A DNA stretch of 64,000 bases from Schmidtea polychroa (lineage: Eukaryota), in NCBI GenBank assembly GCA_044892525.1, contig CM097885.1:34536001-34600000 (forward strand). Direction: 5' to 3'. Shown here piece by piece: positions 40,439 to 55,467 of this stretch. The position numbers were made by a program, and so were the translations under genes. Positions within the stretch are counted from its first letter, which is position 1. Every line of letters begins with the position of its first letter. Under the pieces are notes generated by a model. It was given only the letters and a program-made list of their open reading frames with translations, ran no database searches and had not been told where the DNA came from.

Positions 40439-40574
40439 TTTAGTTGTAAATTGTATGAATGCGGATAGTTGTTATATACAAATGTATTAAATTTTTAAGT
40501 TAAATAATTTAAATTTAAATTTTTTAGAAAGTTTATTGACTGTTAAAATTAAAAATTATAATTATATATTTTAA

Positions 40575-41715
40575 AATAAATACTTAAATAAACATGGTAA
40601 AGACTTTATTAATAAAAATCGCCATTCGTACATCTTTTTACTATATATTTCGATAGCATCACTATCATTATCATGTTACCTACATTCACTAGGGATGAAT
40701 AAATATACAATATTGATAATTTATAAACAATTTATTAAATCTTTAAATTTTTAAATTATAAATAGCAATTTTAAATAATTATTTTCAAAAATATTTTTCA
40801 AAAAACAATTATTTTTCACTTTTAAAAATCTTTAAAAAATATTATTTTAATTATTTTTTTAATTATTTAACATAACTATTATTCAATATGTATCAACATA
40901 CAAATACTTAATTAAAAACATTCAACACACACGTATTTACTGCATTCTGCACATTGATTTTAGGATTAAAAGTTCTTATCAATAATGCTTCACATATCAC
41001 ACACTCAAAACAATTATCAAAATTTTTTGATAAGATTTTAAAATCCGACATTTCTAATTCTCTCATACAGACTCTATTATGATCCTTAATACTGGACACT
41101 CGCTTCAGTCGACAGTGTTCTTGAACTCGAGTATGGAGATGACGGGATGTCTCTCCAATGTATGTAGCATTACGCCCATTACATGTGAATTGATAAACGA
41201 AATCCGAACACAAATCAACCGGCGTTTGAGATTTACTAACAAACATACTACGTACTTCGCACGATTTCGAAACAATTTTATAATTCAATTTATCCAGCTG
41301 TTAACCTATCTTTCTTTTGAAATCTTTATATCCTTCAGAATACGGCAATACCATCGTATATTTTGGTTCATCTTGTTTGTTAGTATCAATACTCATATTC
41401 GCTACATCATTCGACATATCAGTCAATTTACATTCATTCATACTACAACCCTTAGCATTATTCATACAGTCTCTTTCAGCATTAACAATAAAAACTGTTT
41501 CGAGTAGCCATTCTTCACCAGTAATTCAACTAATTTATCTAAACCTTTTACTGAGTTTTTAAAAGTGGAAGATAAGCACCATGATCGATAAACCAATCCT
41601 TTCACCATATTTATCTTATATTTAAATTCACAAAAACTCTCTGGAGTAGTATAGAGGCCAGTATCTGTTGGTTTTCTATAAATTTCTCTCTCATATTGTT
41701 CATCTTTACGTATAA
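40575..41715 (-). mobile_element. Truncated PLE related to 901-2744, with a degenerate hammerhead at about 40640-40678
   Basis: YRKPTDTG..FCEFKYK and a GIY-YIG ORF (40908-41288) very similar to the 1198 ORF. The 3' UTR reads aTGATaA-t-gatagt(gat)gctatc-GAAA-tata-TA on the minus strand. Confidence 0.88.
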
Positions 41716-42599
41716 ATATAGTGAAAAAGATGTATGAATGATAATTTATATTTTAAAATATTTAGTAAATATTGGAAAATAATGTTATTTAAATTAAAAT
41801 TTTATAAATATTTGTTAAAGGAAATTTAATAAATGTTTTTTATAAAATCAATAATATATATATATATAGTAACTACTCTCTTTATTAATATTAAAATAAT
41901 AACATGTGGAGAAGGGTAAGCAGGAAAATAATTGAAGGATAACAAAAAAGAAATTAATTAATTAAATCAAATTCAAAGAAAAAGTGATAATAAGGAATAA
42001 CAGACAAAAATAAAATTTATAAAAAAGAATTAAAAATTGGAATAAGAAATTGAAAAAAATATATTTGTAATTAGTAAAATTATCAAAACAAAGATAAAAA
42101 ATAAATGAAAAGTCGCAAAATCTAATATAGAGTCGAGAAAAAGGTAAATTAATTAAAATATAAATTTTAAGAAGTAGATTAATAAAAATAGATTAGAAAA
42201 GATATAAAAATATAATGCGAAAGAATTATAAAGGAAAAAAGCGAATAGAAACTGCGAAATCCAACATGAAATCGCAAATAACAAAAATTAATAGAATAAA
42301 AATTAATAAAAAATTTCCTTTAAAAATGATTAAAATTACTGCAAAAAGTAAATTCATTTAAAATATTCGAATTTGTTTAAATGCACTAAAGCACGAACAT
42401 TAATACGCACAAAATTTCGACAATTTTACTTATGATCAAGAATTATCGGTGAGTAATTCTTATATTTTCCTGTGGTAATTTTAATTTTAATTTTTATTTA
42501 ATTTTTATTTTCTAGCTAATTTCTATGTCAATTCATTAATAATTGAGGATTAGTGTTATTTTCATTATGTTAAATTTTGTATACTTCAGTGACTTCGTG

Positions 42600-42910
42600 C
42601 ATCGAATTAATTCGGGCCCACAGCCCAATACGCATTAAAAGTAAGATAATAAAATCAATCAACATTTTGAACCATCGGGATATTGTGGCAGTTTACCTGT
42701 CGTATGCATTTAATCATGTAGATCCTGTGCCGCTGTGGAATAAGGCTTTGTGGAGAACGAAACTCTCTAACGCGCCGAATGAGTATACTATTGATGTGCT
42801 TTCGTTACGCTATCACACTCGCAATAAATAAGTCGGGCAACTACGGAACACATCAGACTGGATAAAATTCAAATAGCAAGATCCAAATATTGCACCTAGT
42901 CTTTTAGCGA
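42600..42910 (+). pseudogene. Possible decayed non-LTR RT fragment
   Basis: VAVYLSYAFNHVD..L..K resembles the D+.KAFD.V.H motif; otherwise weak. Confidence 0.3.
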
Positions 42911-43939
42911 GGTCATGACATCTCCAATCTTGTATATATAAAACTACTTGTTTTCCTAGCAGATGTCCAGTGAGTAAATCAATGTGAAGAAATTAAAATC
43001 TTACGAACGTAATATACTTTCAGCAATTGTACAATACTGTAATAGTAATTAAGAAACAGTTTTAACAACTAAATCGAATAATGGATGAATAAATAATTTC
43101 AATAATATATACCTGACAGATAGCAATTATAGAACCAATAGACAACCCAGTATCAAATTTGACACAAGTAGATGATTCGCTTCGAGCAGTACTAGTCGCT
43201 AGTTGTGAGCCCGATCTAGGTGTGCAGCGGTAAAATTCAAAATAAAGGCATTTTAAAATTTAAAAATGTTGAAATTTTTTAATTTATAAATAAATCTAAA
43301 TTATAATTAATTTTTTATTTTTAGTCTATTTATATAATTAATTAATTATGGGTTTTTTATTTAACTATCATTTTTCGTTAAATTTTCATCTAAATTAAAA
43401 ATGTATTTAAATTTGTTTTAATTTTTATATTTCTTAAATTTTCTAAATTTATATTTATTTTTGAGGCGGTTTATACCTTGACATTCTTAGTTTAATTTTT
43501 TCACAAATTTTAAGCCACTAAGAACTCATTAATAAATATTAATATTTTAATAATAATAATAATATCTTATTTTTTTAACCAATCAAAATTTTAAAATTTA
43601 AATCAATACTTAATCGTTTTTTAATGATTCTTCAATGATTATTTTATGGATTCGTCTTAATGTAAAAAATGTGAGTGTGAAAATTCGAATTTTGTAGACA
43701 TTTCTAACTATGCAGTATGTATTTAGCTCTGATTGTATTGTTCTTTTTAACTTAAAGTAATCTTAATTATTAATTAATTTTTCTATTTTAGATCAGTTTC
43801 AAGTAGTGAGTGCTTAATAATAATCTAATTAATTTGGTAGCAGTGTATTTTTTTAAAGATCGAGAAATTTTTACATGGGAAAGACGAATCTTCAAGTACG
43901 AATATAGAATAACCCATTCCAATTGTTACAAAAAAACCA

Positions 43940-44575
43940 AAAAGGTAGTGAAAAGGAGATACGATGAAGACTATCAAATACGGATTTTCAGAATGTGGTG
44001 ATGAAAAGTGCATTATTTACGGCGAACAGCTATCAAACGAATCAATGGTACCCAGTAAATAAAATCACCATCTAAATACAAACCACCCCGGCTGCGCCGA
44101 GGAAGACAGACAATATTTTAAGAGGTGATTAGAACAAATTAAAAAACCGAAGATATTTATGAAATCAACCGTTATAGTTTCTGAAAAGGCCTTAGAAGCT
44201 AGTTACCATATTGCAAAATTAATAGCACGCCAAAACAAACCACATACTATCGGCGAAACACTTATTAAACCAGCATGCATGCATATTCCACTTATTCTTG
44301 GGCCAAGTAAAGTTAAGGAAGTGAATAAAATTTCGTTGTCTTCCGATACTTTTAAAAGAAGTCAAGATATGTCAAGTGATATTTTAGAAACAATGATTAG
44401 AAAACTTTTATTGTCTGAAAAGTTTGCGCTTCAAATTGACGAAACGACTGATATTAAAATTAAAGCACTGCTGTTAGCTATTATACGTTTTCTTGATGAG
44501 GACTCTATTAAAGAACATTATTTATTTGTTGAGAGATTCCAGAGCGAACAACTGGTGAAGAAGGTTTTAAAGTAA
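43940..44575 (+). pseudogene. hAT Buster/Charlie (ZBED5/ZBED8-like) transposase N-terminal relic
   Basis: KRRYDEDY; LSNESMVPSK*.HHL.T.HP; ALEASYHIAKLIARQNKPHTIGETLIKPAC; FALQIDETTDI. Confidence 0.88.
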
Positions 44576-45137
44576 CCGTGAGCTCAATTTTTACTAACAT
44601 TCACCCATTCGACACATTACCAATGTTGACCATTCAATGGTTATCGCGTGGTAGTTAAACGTTGTATTCTGGGTTAGGCTGGAAATAGCACGAAAAGGTT
44701 TAATTTTGGTTAACTGTAACCCACCAAAAATATAATTATATTTAAATATTAACACAATAAATATTAGGTTAATTTATATAATTTAATATTTCTATATTAA
44801 AATAAATGACAACAATTAAAATTCCTCAATTCATAATTTTGATTTTTAGTGAGATTTTTGAACATGATAAAACCCTTTTATTTCTGATTATATAAAATAT
44901 TATTTATATTTTCCAGCGAAAATTCCTAATCTCTCAAACTGACACTGAAGTCTTCCTTAATTGGTATTTGAGTGGATTAAAAATATTTATTATAAATAAA
45001 AGTAGACTTAATCTGTTCTTTTGAAACAATGATACCAATTTTACTGTATTAACTATATTTGTTAATTTTACAATATTTATTATTTAAATTTATTAGTCCA
45101 GCGGAGTTGTAAAAATACATAAAAATAGTTTCATATA

Positions 45138-45819
45138 CACCTAATTCTGTTTTTACGCGAACTTTTTTTACGCGAATTTGATTTAACGCGATTCAAAAAA
45201 ATTATTTCGTTCTGTTTTTACGCGATTTGATTTGATTTAACGCGATTAAAAAAAACTTCATTTCAACGTGACGTGAAATTATTAATGGGAAATTATCGCG
45301 AATTACATAACAGCATTATCAAACCCAGACCACAACAATTGATTACTGAATTTTTGACTAGAACCGCTAAAACATCAACACCACTTCAACATGAAAATGA
45401 AGTGGAAAATATTTCTAGTGATGACAGTGATTGTGGCGTTCAAGTCTCACGTAAACGAATACGTATATCATCAGGAAGTGACAGCAATTAAAAAATATGT
45501 TTAATGATATATTTTGCCACTTTTTGTTTTACTAAAATGAATTTTTTGTGATTTTTTTGTTAAATAATGAATGTTTTTTGTTAAATTAGTATTTTTTTTC
45601 GTTTGTCGTTATTTTATTCATAAATATATATTTAAATAAATAGTGTATAAAACACTTAAAAACCATGAATTTGTATACTTTAATCACATTATTTTAGTTG
45701 ATTTTGGAAATGAAGAACCAATCCTCTACTTTTATATGGACACCATATCTTTTTTTACGCGATTTCTTTTACGCGTATTTTCGGGGAACGTATCTATCGC
45801 GTAAAAACAGAATTAGGTG
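45138..45819 (+). mobile_element. Internally deleted Tc1/mariner-superfamily (pogo/Tigger-like) element
   Basis: TIR CACCTAATTCTGTTTTTACGCGA at both ends, TA TSD, subterminal TTTACGCG repeats, and a residual transposase-tail-like ORF 45273-45491. Confidence 0.88.
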
Positions 45820-46836
45820 TACATTGAATTGTACACCACAGATCCATACCATTAGTCAATAAAGTTATTATAATAAAACCTGAAATGAATTTGACGGTGA
45901 CTTATACATTATTGCAGAGTTAATTGTTGAAATAATCACTTCATGAATAAATAATTTCTAATGATTTGATTTGTTCTATTTTGGCTACTTCTTTATGCCA
46001 ACTTCTATTTTTCAGTGAAATATAAAATTAATGAATACAATAAACTAAATTTTAAAAGAAGCCTGGACTAAATTATATAAAGAAAGTGGTACTCGCTGAT
46101 TTTCAATATTTTTCTATTAAAATCTACATTAGCAATAAAATAATCACTGAGTCAATCATCAATTTACTGCCCTCAATTCTTAAGAAAATGACTTTCTCTT
46201 TTTCTTGAAATATCTTCATTGAATTTTAAATCATATAAATTATTCAAATTAGAAAATTGTTTATTCCACTTTTATATTGTCTAGACATTATAAAGTTGTG
46301 CAAATGATAATATGACGTAAAAATGTCAAGACATAGTGAATATGGTAATACTTTCCCCGTTTCTTTCCGCTCTTCTACTTCTGCTCTCTAACCTTGAGAA
46401 CGTGATTTAACATTAATGATAATTTTGAAAAATATTAGGTGACAAAAATGTATATTTTAATAAAACCAAAACTAAATATTTAATTCAAGAACATTGCACA
46501 AAAAGAACAAAATAAAATTTTATTAAATTAATTAAATTAAACAGCCTTATAAAAATCATAAATAAAATAATTAAATAAAGAAGTAATGAAAAGATATGCG
46601 TAGTTCATTCAATAATGCCTGGGGCTGAGTAAGAAAGAAACATGATAAAACAAACAAATCAATTGGTTTTAAAACCTAGACGTATGTTTGTTTATATGCT
46701 TAAATTAAATAATCTAATTGGCTGACGTACGAACTTATAATTCCATTATCGTTGTATGTATTAGGTGAAATACAGAAGTGTGATAAAATTCTATGTGCTT
46801 TTAAAGAAGTCATCTGATGAAATATTTGGTGGTATG

Positions 46837-47840
46837 TAGTGTTTTTCAAAACTGTTTAACAGCTGTTTTTTAGACAAATTCAAAGAACTGTAAACAGCTG
46901 TTTTTTCCTAGACTGTTTTTACTATTTTTTTTGAAATTCTTTGTAAAGAAATTTCTGCAACTAAAATGCCAAAAAACGCAATGAAATATTTAACAGAAAA
47001 CAGATTTTTAAAACTGTCGATATTTATGATTTATACATGTTTTCATTTTTAGTATATTTAGCGACGCTACTTAATTATTCAAGCAAAATTTTAAATTAAA
47101 ATACAGCTCCATTAATTGCAAAAGTAAATAAAATATTATATTAATATTTAATCATTAAATAGATCTTTTGCTATTACAGGGTTTTAATAAACTCTGAATA
47201 ATTGTTGTTATTCTTAGCCCTGTCAAATGTTTGGGAATACGCGACAAAGCGCAAAAATGCATGTACTACAGAATTAGAGATACAATGTGGACGATGTAAT
47301 AAAATTATCAAGTGTTCAACATTAAAGAAGCATCTTATAACTTATGGCATCAATGTCGATAAAAACTACTCAAAATTCAGTTTCAGAAAAGCCAGCGAAC
47401 TTCCAGGAACAGAACGTGATGTCATGAAATTAGTTCACGAGTATTACGATGAATGAAGAAACTCAATGATTGCCAGCATCCAGGAAAAACTCGAAAATAG
47501 AGAAAAATACAGTATGACAGTTGACAAATATACCACCGTGAGACGAAGACGATTTTTTGGTGTAAATCTTCATAGAAGTGTTGACAAAACAACATTGAAA
47601 ACTGGTCTTGTGTGTATTCTTAGTTCATGTTCTGCTCTTGATATGGTTGTGGGTTCTATGCAAGATGGACCTGCTGTAAACAAAAAATGCATTTGTCACG
47701 TCGATGTCATCGGACAATTTTGTATTAATCATGGCATCCACTTGGGTGAATGTAAGAAAAGAGTTGAAGATTTCGATGAGCATTACTTAGATAGCTGTGA
47801 GATCTCAGAAATCGGAAATTTCGATGATGGCGTGGAGTTT
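46837..47840 (+). pseudogene. hAT (Ac/hobo-type) transposon 5' end and transposase relic
   Basis: TAGTGTT terminus; BED finger VWEY..C..C..LKKHL; YSMTVDKYT..RRFFGVNLH; DG.AVNKK; C.NHGIHL. Confidence 0.75.
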
Positions 47841-47844
47841 TAGA

Positions 47845-48183
47845 CTTTTCCAATACCTACCTTACAGTCCGGACCTTGCTCTGAGCAACTTTTCTTTGTT
47901 CAAACACCTGAAGAAAGTATTACGTGGCCATCATTTTAAGACATCGGATACACTCCAGCAATTTGTTGAACAGTGGTTTGCACAGCTTCCTGGACATTTT
48001 TTTGCTGTTGCATTTCAAGATTTGGTTATTCGATGGTATAACCTGGTTGCTGCCAATGGTAGTTATATAAAAATAATTAAATGTGTTTTTTGAATTAGTA
48101 TTTGATGTAGTTCAATAAAAGTTGTTTCAGTTTTTTGTGTTTTGTTTCTTTCTTAGTCCGATGCATTATTGAACGAAATACGT
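47845..48183 (+). pseudogene. mariner transposase C-terminal fragment with 3' end
   Basis: PYSPDLALSNFSLFKHLK..LRG..F..W...V..NG.Y, the YSPDLAPSD motif degenerated. Confidence 0.85.
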
Positions 48184-48494
48184 ATAATATTGTTGAGCCC
48201 GTGCTGCACATACCAACACAAGTTTCCGACATTTATTAAAATATAAAGTTATTTAAGTTTGCAGCGGAATTTTGTGTACTTAATATTTATGCAACAGTGA
48301 CAGTTTTATATTCCTCATTCTTTTTCAATGCAACCACTTAGAAAGATTCATTCTGTTAATTTGTTTTTATGAAGATTATGTCAATTGTATTTCAATTTTG
48401 TTCATTTTTTGTGTATATAAAGTGTATCGCAGTGTGAGATATGTGATGTGCCTTGATATGTGTTTTGTTGGTTTATTATTGTTTGTTAACCCAG

Positions 48495-48690
48495 ATTGCA
48501 AATTTAACGAATATTCGTGCAAGTCTATCTTATGAAACAGCAGATTATTTAATGAATTCAGAATTTGTTAAATGAAATTTCGATAATATCAATTCGGAAG
48601 ATAATGGCATCAGGAAATCAAATGTAGCTGGATTAAAAAATTACGGAAATACCTACTACTTTAATTCATTGCCACAAGTTTACTTAAATC
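48495..48690 (+). pseudogene. Ubiquitin-specific protease (USP) Cys-box exon remnant
   Basis: After a cag acceptor, one frame reads ...K*...VAGLKNYGNTYYFNSLPQV, matching GLxNxGNTCYxNS.LQ with the catalytic Cys read as Tyr. Confidence 0.6.
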
Positions 48691-49401
48691 CCGTTGAACT
48701 GAAAGAAATTCCTGTTGAGACAGTCATTATCAGCAGAATTACTAATTATTATTTTTATTTTTATTATTATTATTATATTATGATAGAATATTTTAAGAAT
48801 TGGAGGATGAACATTCGTATTTCGGTTATATTGCCAAAATAAATAGTTTCTCTATTGTAGAGGAATGTACTTCAACCGTTAAAAACAGTCATTCATGGCG
48901 GTTGGGAGATATATTTGTAATCTTTTTTTATGATCAACTTTCTACTGAATATCAAATTTTCTATTTTTCTTTCATTTTTTTCTTTTTATTCTGATTTCAA
49001 TAAATTTAGACTAGATACAAATGTGTATGTTTGGAAGTTTGCCACCTTTAAATTTAACATTTTAATTATATTCATACTTTCATTATTTCAACTTTAACAT
49101 TCTTACCTATATATTTCTATTACCCAAAATTCCAACTTCAATATTTAGAAATCTCCCATATTAGAAAAAATTAATATTGAATTAATAAAAATAGGTACAT
49201 TGCAAAATTCCACAGACTAATTATGAATTTAGTAAATGATAAAAAAATTTGGATTTTTTTTAGAAAGATTTGTCTGTAAGATCTTATTTGAACTGAATTA
49301 GACTAATATTTTGGGCCCTTGATTACAAAAGAACAATTTTTATATAGAAAATAATTAATTTCATTATTATATGAATGTGAGATTTAATAATAACAGTCGA
49401 A

Positions 49402-49402
<1 letters not shown>

Positions 49403-49441
<39 letters not shown>

Positions 49442-49508
49442 GTCGAAAATTTTTTCATTAAATACATTATTTGAGGCAAAAGGCTTAAATTATCATTTTA
49501 TTGTTTTA

Positions 49509-49604
<96 letters not shown>
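49403..49604 (+). repeat. PLE-tail fragment (49441-49510) embedded between (TAA)n tracts
   Basis: agtcgaaaattttttcattaaatacattatttgaggcaaaaggcttaaattatcattttattgttttaaa matches the arms at 36.3 and 55.9 kb. Confidence 0.8.
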
Positions 49605-49984
49605 TTATTGTTTTAATAATGCTCGATGTGACATATTCAACTTTTAAAATATATTTAATCTATAACTGTTGATGTATAATACAATTAACTATAATTAAAT
49701 TTTAATCAGGACAACTTTCGCAAATTTTAACCTAAATATTCTTTATTGCATTCCTCTGAACCACTCTCACAATTGTTCGGTTCAGTTAGCGCGCAATTTC
49801 AAATTCAATTTCAGTTTGAACTACAGATATAAAATTTAACAAGTTGAAAATTTCTCCAATGCATTACATGCATATTTTAATTTCATTTTTTTCAGAAATA
49901 CTATTAAATCTTGAGGGCCGCAAAGAAATCTTTGGTGGACTGCAGTTTGCCTAAGCCTGTTCTAAAAGATTTTTTATCAATTTC

Positions 49985-50108
<124 letters not shown>

Positions 50109-50559
50109 ACTGAACCGAAGAATGGTGAGAGTGAGAGTGGTGCAGAGGAATACAATAAACAGAGCCGTAACAAGGCATTATTGCGCCCTGTGCGGTTCAT
50201 ATATCTGGTGCATCTAAAACTCGAATTCAAATCAGCGTACTATAATAATTATAATATTCATGTTGACATTGTTAACTATGTATTCATCTCCAATTATTAT
50301 AATAGGTAGTAATGCTCTTAAAATTCTGTTGCTAATTGAAAGAATGACAGGAGCCCATTTTGTGGACTAACATTTTTCAAAATATTCACCTACGAAGACA
50401 CGCTAATGGACCAGTCCAATCAGCAATGTTAAAGATAGGCTAGTTAGTGTGTCGTTTTTTTCGTGCAGGCCATTTGATAATTTCTTTTATTTATATTTTG
50501 TTATTTTTTGGTAACATAAAAAAAAATGTTACATTCCAATTTTGCGCCCCTTTCAGATA

Positions 50560-50863
50560 TTATGTCATCGGATGAGTTATTGGCTTTGTTCCAAAAATAT
50601 GATGAGTCATCGGATGATAGGAATCTATAGCTCATCTTAAAGTTTTTACACTGGGCTTTAATATGAGCTATCGTTCAATAAAATCTGTTGGCGGAAACAT
50701 TAAATTTTGGGATGAAAAAAAGTATGAGCTCTCTGGATCAATTAATAAAAAAAAATGACCTTGACCTTTTATTTAAAAAAATTTTCCCTGGGAGAGGGGG
50801 GTGGGTGAGGGGGTATATGTGGTCCAGAGGGCTCGTGGTTTAGATGGCTCACTACCACCTACT
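50560..50863. mobile_element. Possible third Polinton-like terminus
   Basis: G-rich block, then an end reading AGTAGGTGGTAGTGAGC on the minus strand, similar to the ends at 4753 and 32452. Confidence 0.4.
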
Positions 50864-50879
50864 GAGTAAATATATTTTA

Positions 50880-52883
50880 AAAGTTGAATATGCCACATCG
50901 TGTATTATTAAAACAATAAATTTAATGCAATCATAATGCCTGAAACATAGATAATTCACTAGTCATTCACAAGATATTGAATCTGAATATTCAAATATTC
51001 CTTATCACAATCAAATTCAATGGCGTAACTTGGGCAAAGTACTTCGGCTAGTATCTAGAAGAAAATATTTCCCGAATCAACTGATAATAACAGGCTTTGT
51101 GATTTTGCATTTACTTTGGACATCGTGACAGACTTAAATACTTTCAACGTCGTGTTACAAGGATAAAAATAATATACCCATGATATGGTGAAAATTTTAA
51201 ATGGATTTCGAATGAAAAATAAATTTTCTTTAACATTTATTGATTAAAAAGGTAGACCATTTGAGAATTATGTAGTTGATGAAGATACCAGGAAAGGCAG
51301 TTGATTTTTCATATTTTTCAATAGCAATTGAGGAGAGTGAAAATGTAGGTCATACCGCTCAGTTGCTTATTTTTATTCGAAGCATTAATAAGAATTTTGA
51401 GGTAACTGAAGAGCTTGCTTCACTAAAAAGTTTGAAAGACACAACTGATACAACTGGTGAAAACATATTTTTAAAAGCATCGGAAATGATGGAAGAACTC
51501 AAATTAAAATTGGAATCAATTTCATGTATTACTACAGATGGGGCAAAAAATATGGTCGGTAAAAATACTGGATTTATGGGTCATATTAATACTGTGTTTG
51601 AAAGTAATAACAACATGAAGCCAATGCAATTACACTGCATAATTCATCAGCAATCACTCTGTGGAAAAGTTTTTGAGTTTAAGTTTCGTCATGTCAGTTG
51701 TCATTTCCACAATAAACTTTATACGTAAAAAAGGATTGTATCACCGCCAGTTTAAAACTTTCCTGGAAACTGTTGAAGCTGAATATGGTGATTTGTTATA
51801 TCACAGTGAAGTAAGGTGGTTAAGTGGCGGCAAGGTCCTGAAACGGTTTTTGAACTTCAAGCTGAAATTGACATTTTTATGAACTATTTATCGATGTTAA
51901 ATCTTTCAGATCAAGATTGGAATTTTTTAAAAGACAATTTCAACAAAATAATTTCATAAATTTTCAATTTTGTGAATATTTATGGAAAATGGATCAAAAG
52001 ATAAGAATAGTTTTTCTATTAATTGAAGTATCGACAATATTGCATTGCTTCAAAATGAATTTAACAAAAGATTTTCTGATTTCTTTCGTAATGAAAAAAT
52101 ATTTACTTTGTTCCAAATTCCTTTTGAAGTAAACATGGATAACATGGATCCCAATTTACAATTAGAATTAATTGATTCGCAATCAAACGATACAATGAAT
52201 TCACTCTTTAAAAATGAAAACATAAGCACATTTTATTCACTTTTGCCGGAAAATACTTTCAGCAATATTAAAACTTTTGCCAGGAAAATAATTTCAATGT
52301 TTGGAAGCACCTATATCTGCGAGCAAGCCTTTTCACGAATGAAATATATAAAATCAAAATTACGATCAAAACTGACGGATCACCATTTGAAGGATTTTTT
52401 TAAAAAAAGCGTATCTAATTTCAAAGCAAATATAAACAATGCCATTGAAAGATCAAACAATAATATGTCTAAACTTTTTTTGTAGTTTTTTTTGTGCGAA
52501 TATTTTAAATAAGACATAAATTTTCTTAAATTGATTTATATTTCTTTATAATATAATATTATAGTAGTAATTGTTGGGAATCATTCCATGGTTTCCCGAT
52601 GGAGGTGAAGATGAAGGAGAGTCGTGAATCATAATGTTTATTTAAATTCGTCGTCTATTTATAGATGTGATTATCCAATCACATTTGACTTCTGATGGAA
52701 CGATAACCAATAATCTTAAAGGGGTAATAATGATGGGACCGATTTGGAAACTAACTTTAAGTTAATGATTAGTTATGCTAAACCTCTAATTGGTTCCAAC
52801 AGTAATATATAAAATATTGAAAACTTTGATACTCATGAAAGATTTTTATGTGGCCCTCTTCTTAAAAATATTGGGGACCTCTG
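50880..52883 (+). pseudogene. hAT Buster/SPIN (GTF2IRD2-like) transposase relics with 3' TIR
   Basis: FSIAIEES..TAQLLIFIR; TTDGAKNMVG; HCIIHQQSLC; YHSEVRWLS.GKVL; MFGSTYICEQAFSRMK; end ..TTGGGGACCTCTG. A second, more decayed PYH..IQW..GKVL piece lies at about 51000. Confidence 0.88.
52572..52801 (-). mobile_element. Solo LTR (230 bp) nested in the hAT 3' region
   Basis: TGTTGG...CCAACA termini, 5-bp TSD GTAAT, and TATAAATA plus AATAAA on the minus strand. Confidence 0.85.
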
Positions 52884-54805
52884 CTTTAGCTAATTTATCA
52901 AAATATTAGAGTACAATAAATATTAGTATTAGTATTATTACATTCACAGATAAATGTTTTCCAAAATGTTTTTAAAAAATATTTAAAAATTGATTCACAT
53001 TTGTATTGATATCGAATTTATTTCAATTTTTATCCAATTAAAATGTAAAAATAAAGTTATTTTTGATTATTGATAATGTTATTTAATGTTAATGTTGCCA
53101 GATTTCAAATTAAAACAAATGTTTTGTGCTATTCAATTCTACCAATCAAAAATTCTGTTTTTAATTACGATTTATGTTTTAATTAAAAGTTTAAATTAAA
53201 ATTTTGTTGGAACTCTTAGCATTTAGAAATTGATACCTTTGTAATTTGACATATAGCTACTTTTCATTTTTATTTTGTTTTAAATGACAATATTTATTAT
53301 CACAGATATTTTGCGCCTTAAAAATTTTTAAATTAATTATCTTTTTTTATTAAATATCAATATTTTGATAAATTAAAGTTTTATTTTACGTAAGAATTTT
53401 AACAAATATATAAATTTTTTTATTTTTTACATTTCATTTATTTTTATTACTAATGATCAAAAGCTTTTTATTATGTCACTCAAATATTTGGCATTAAATT
53501 TTTAAAGTATTAAATGTTTTTTAATAATTTTTTATCAATTAAAATTTAGAAAATAAATTTAAAAAATAGTTTGACATATGCAATTATTTAAATTTCATTA
53601 TTTAAAATTATTTAAAATTTAGATTTTTTCAAATTCATTAATTTCAATAGGAGCCAATTATGAAATATTATCAAGAATTTTATTTAAAAATGAAGTTATT
53701 ATTTTGAATTAATTTAATTGAATCTGTTAATTTTGAACTTCTAGATGAAATATTTGGTTGATAATTAGTTTTAACACTATTTGATGTTTTAAAAATTTTA
53801 AATGAAATTTAATTATTTATTTATATTTTTTGTTTATATTATCATTTTGATTTATAAATAAAAGATTCTTGGACATGTGGCTCAGAACAAATGATAGCAA
53901 ATACAAGATGGAAGCTGAAAATGGATACAGGCTTTTGATCATTTGACTGCTTGAAATGATTTTCGGAGGGAACATTATTACACTTGAAAATGTATTGTAC
54001 TTTTGGTCTTCGACTTTTGATTCAATATAATAACTCTCCCTTTATTATGATATGACCATAATTTTTATGATGGATTTAGACGTACAAACTATTAGCATTT
54101 ATTAGCACGAAAAATCTTTAAATGAAATGAAAATATTAACACAATTAGGAATAAACTTTCCGATTAGTATATTTATCTTATTATTATTATCTTATATGAA
54201 ATTTCAGCTAGACATATAAATGATTTCTTTATTTACCCCTTCACAAATGCAATTTACTCAGTAAATATACCTGATTCCTTTAATTCTATTTTACCATTTA
54301 TATTCCATGTGTTGAGGAAAGGAAGGGGAACATCCAAGTTTTGGCCAATTTTCAAAAATAATAAAAAATAAATTTAAAATTTTTTAAATTCTACTTAATC
54401 ATCAAAATAGTTAACTTCCAAAAATCTTGAAGTATAAACTATTTATCTTTTAATTTATGAGTCTAAGTCGGTGAAAAATCCACCAGAACCTTATCAAATT
54501 CGCAGCTCTTTGGTTTTTTTACATATTATAATAATATTTTACTTTCAAATGCATTTTTGCAAATATAAATAAGACTGTATCAAATACAAAAACTATATTC
54601 TTTATGAAATGAGTTGATAAGAACAAATATAAATTTATTTATTAAAACAAACTAAAAACACTGATAAATATATTAATGAAATTAGAAACATATACAATTC
54701 AAAAATCAAACTTTGTAAACAAATATTAAAGTAGAATTATTGTCTATCATTTGCTTCGAATATAGTGTTTCTTCGAGTCGTTTCGGTGGCTAATGGGAAT
54801 TAGAA

Positions 54806-54806
<1 letters not shown>

Positions 54807-54840
<34 letters not shown>

Positions 54841-54853
54841 TAATAATAATAAC

Positions 54854-54933
<80 letters not shown>
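54807..54933. repeat. (TAA)n microsatellite
   Basis: Direct reading. Confidence 0.97.
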
Positions 54934-54935
<2 letters not shown>

Positions 54936-55376
54936 TATTGAAATAGTTGAAAATTAGATGAAGATAAAACAAATTGTGAATTAAATTAAAAAATAGATCA
55001 AATAATAAAATTTTTAATCTACATTAAATTAAATTAATTTTATTCTATATATGATAACAACCATTTTTTCTATATAAAAACATTCAAGGATCGATGATTA
55101 TATTAAAAATGAAAAATGTATTTGATTACAAATAATTTTATTTAAATTCAATCGAAACAATTTATTTTGAGAGTTCTCAATTTATTAATGGATCATCCTG
55201 CAATGACTGTCACCTTTTTAACAGTGCACTTGTATCTTAAGACTTTTATTAAACAAAAAAGTGTAATTATTTGCATGAATGAGTTTTCTCTCAAAAATGG
55301 TAATACTCCAAAATGCTCGACTTAAAACCGGATACGTATTTTTTATTTTTCCTTACATTGCAATTAGTTATTGTAA

Positions 55377-55385
55377 TTATTATTA

Positions 55386-55467
<82 letters not shown>

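Noticed and set aside
41905..42450. Possible solo LTR starting TGTGGAG
   Set aside because: No convincing CA end with a matching TSD was found.
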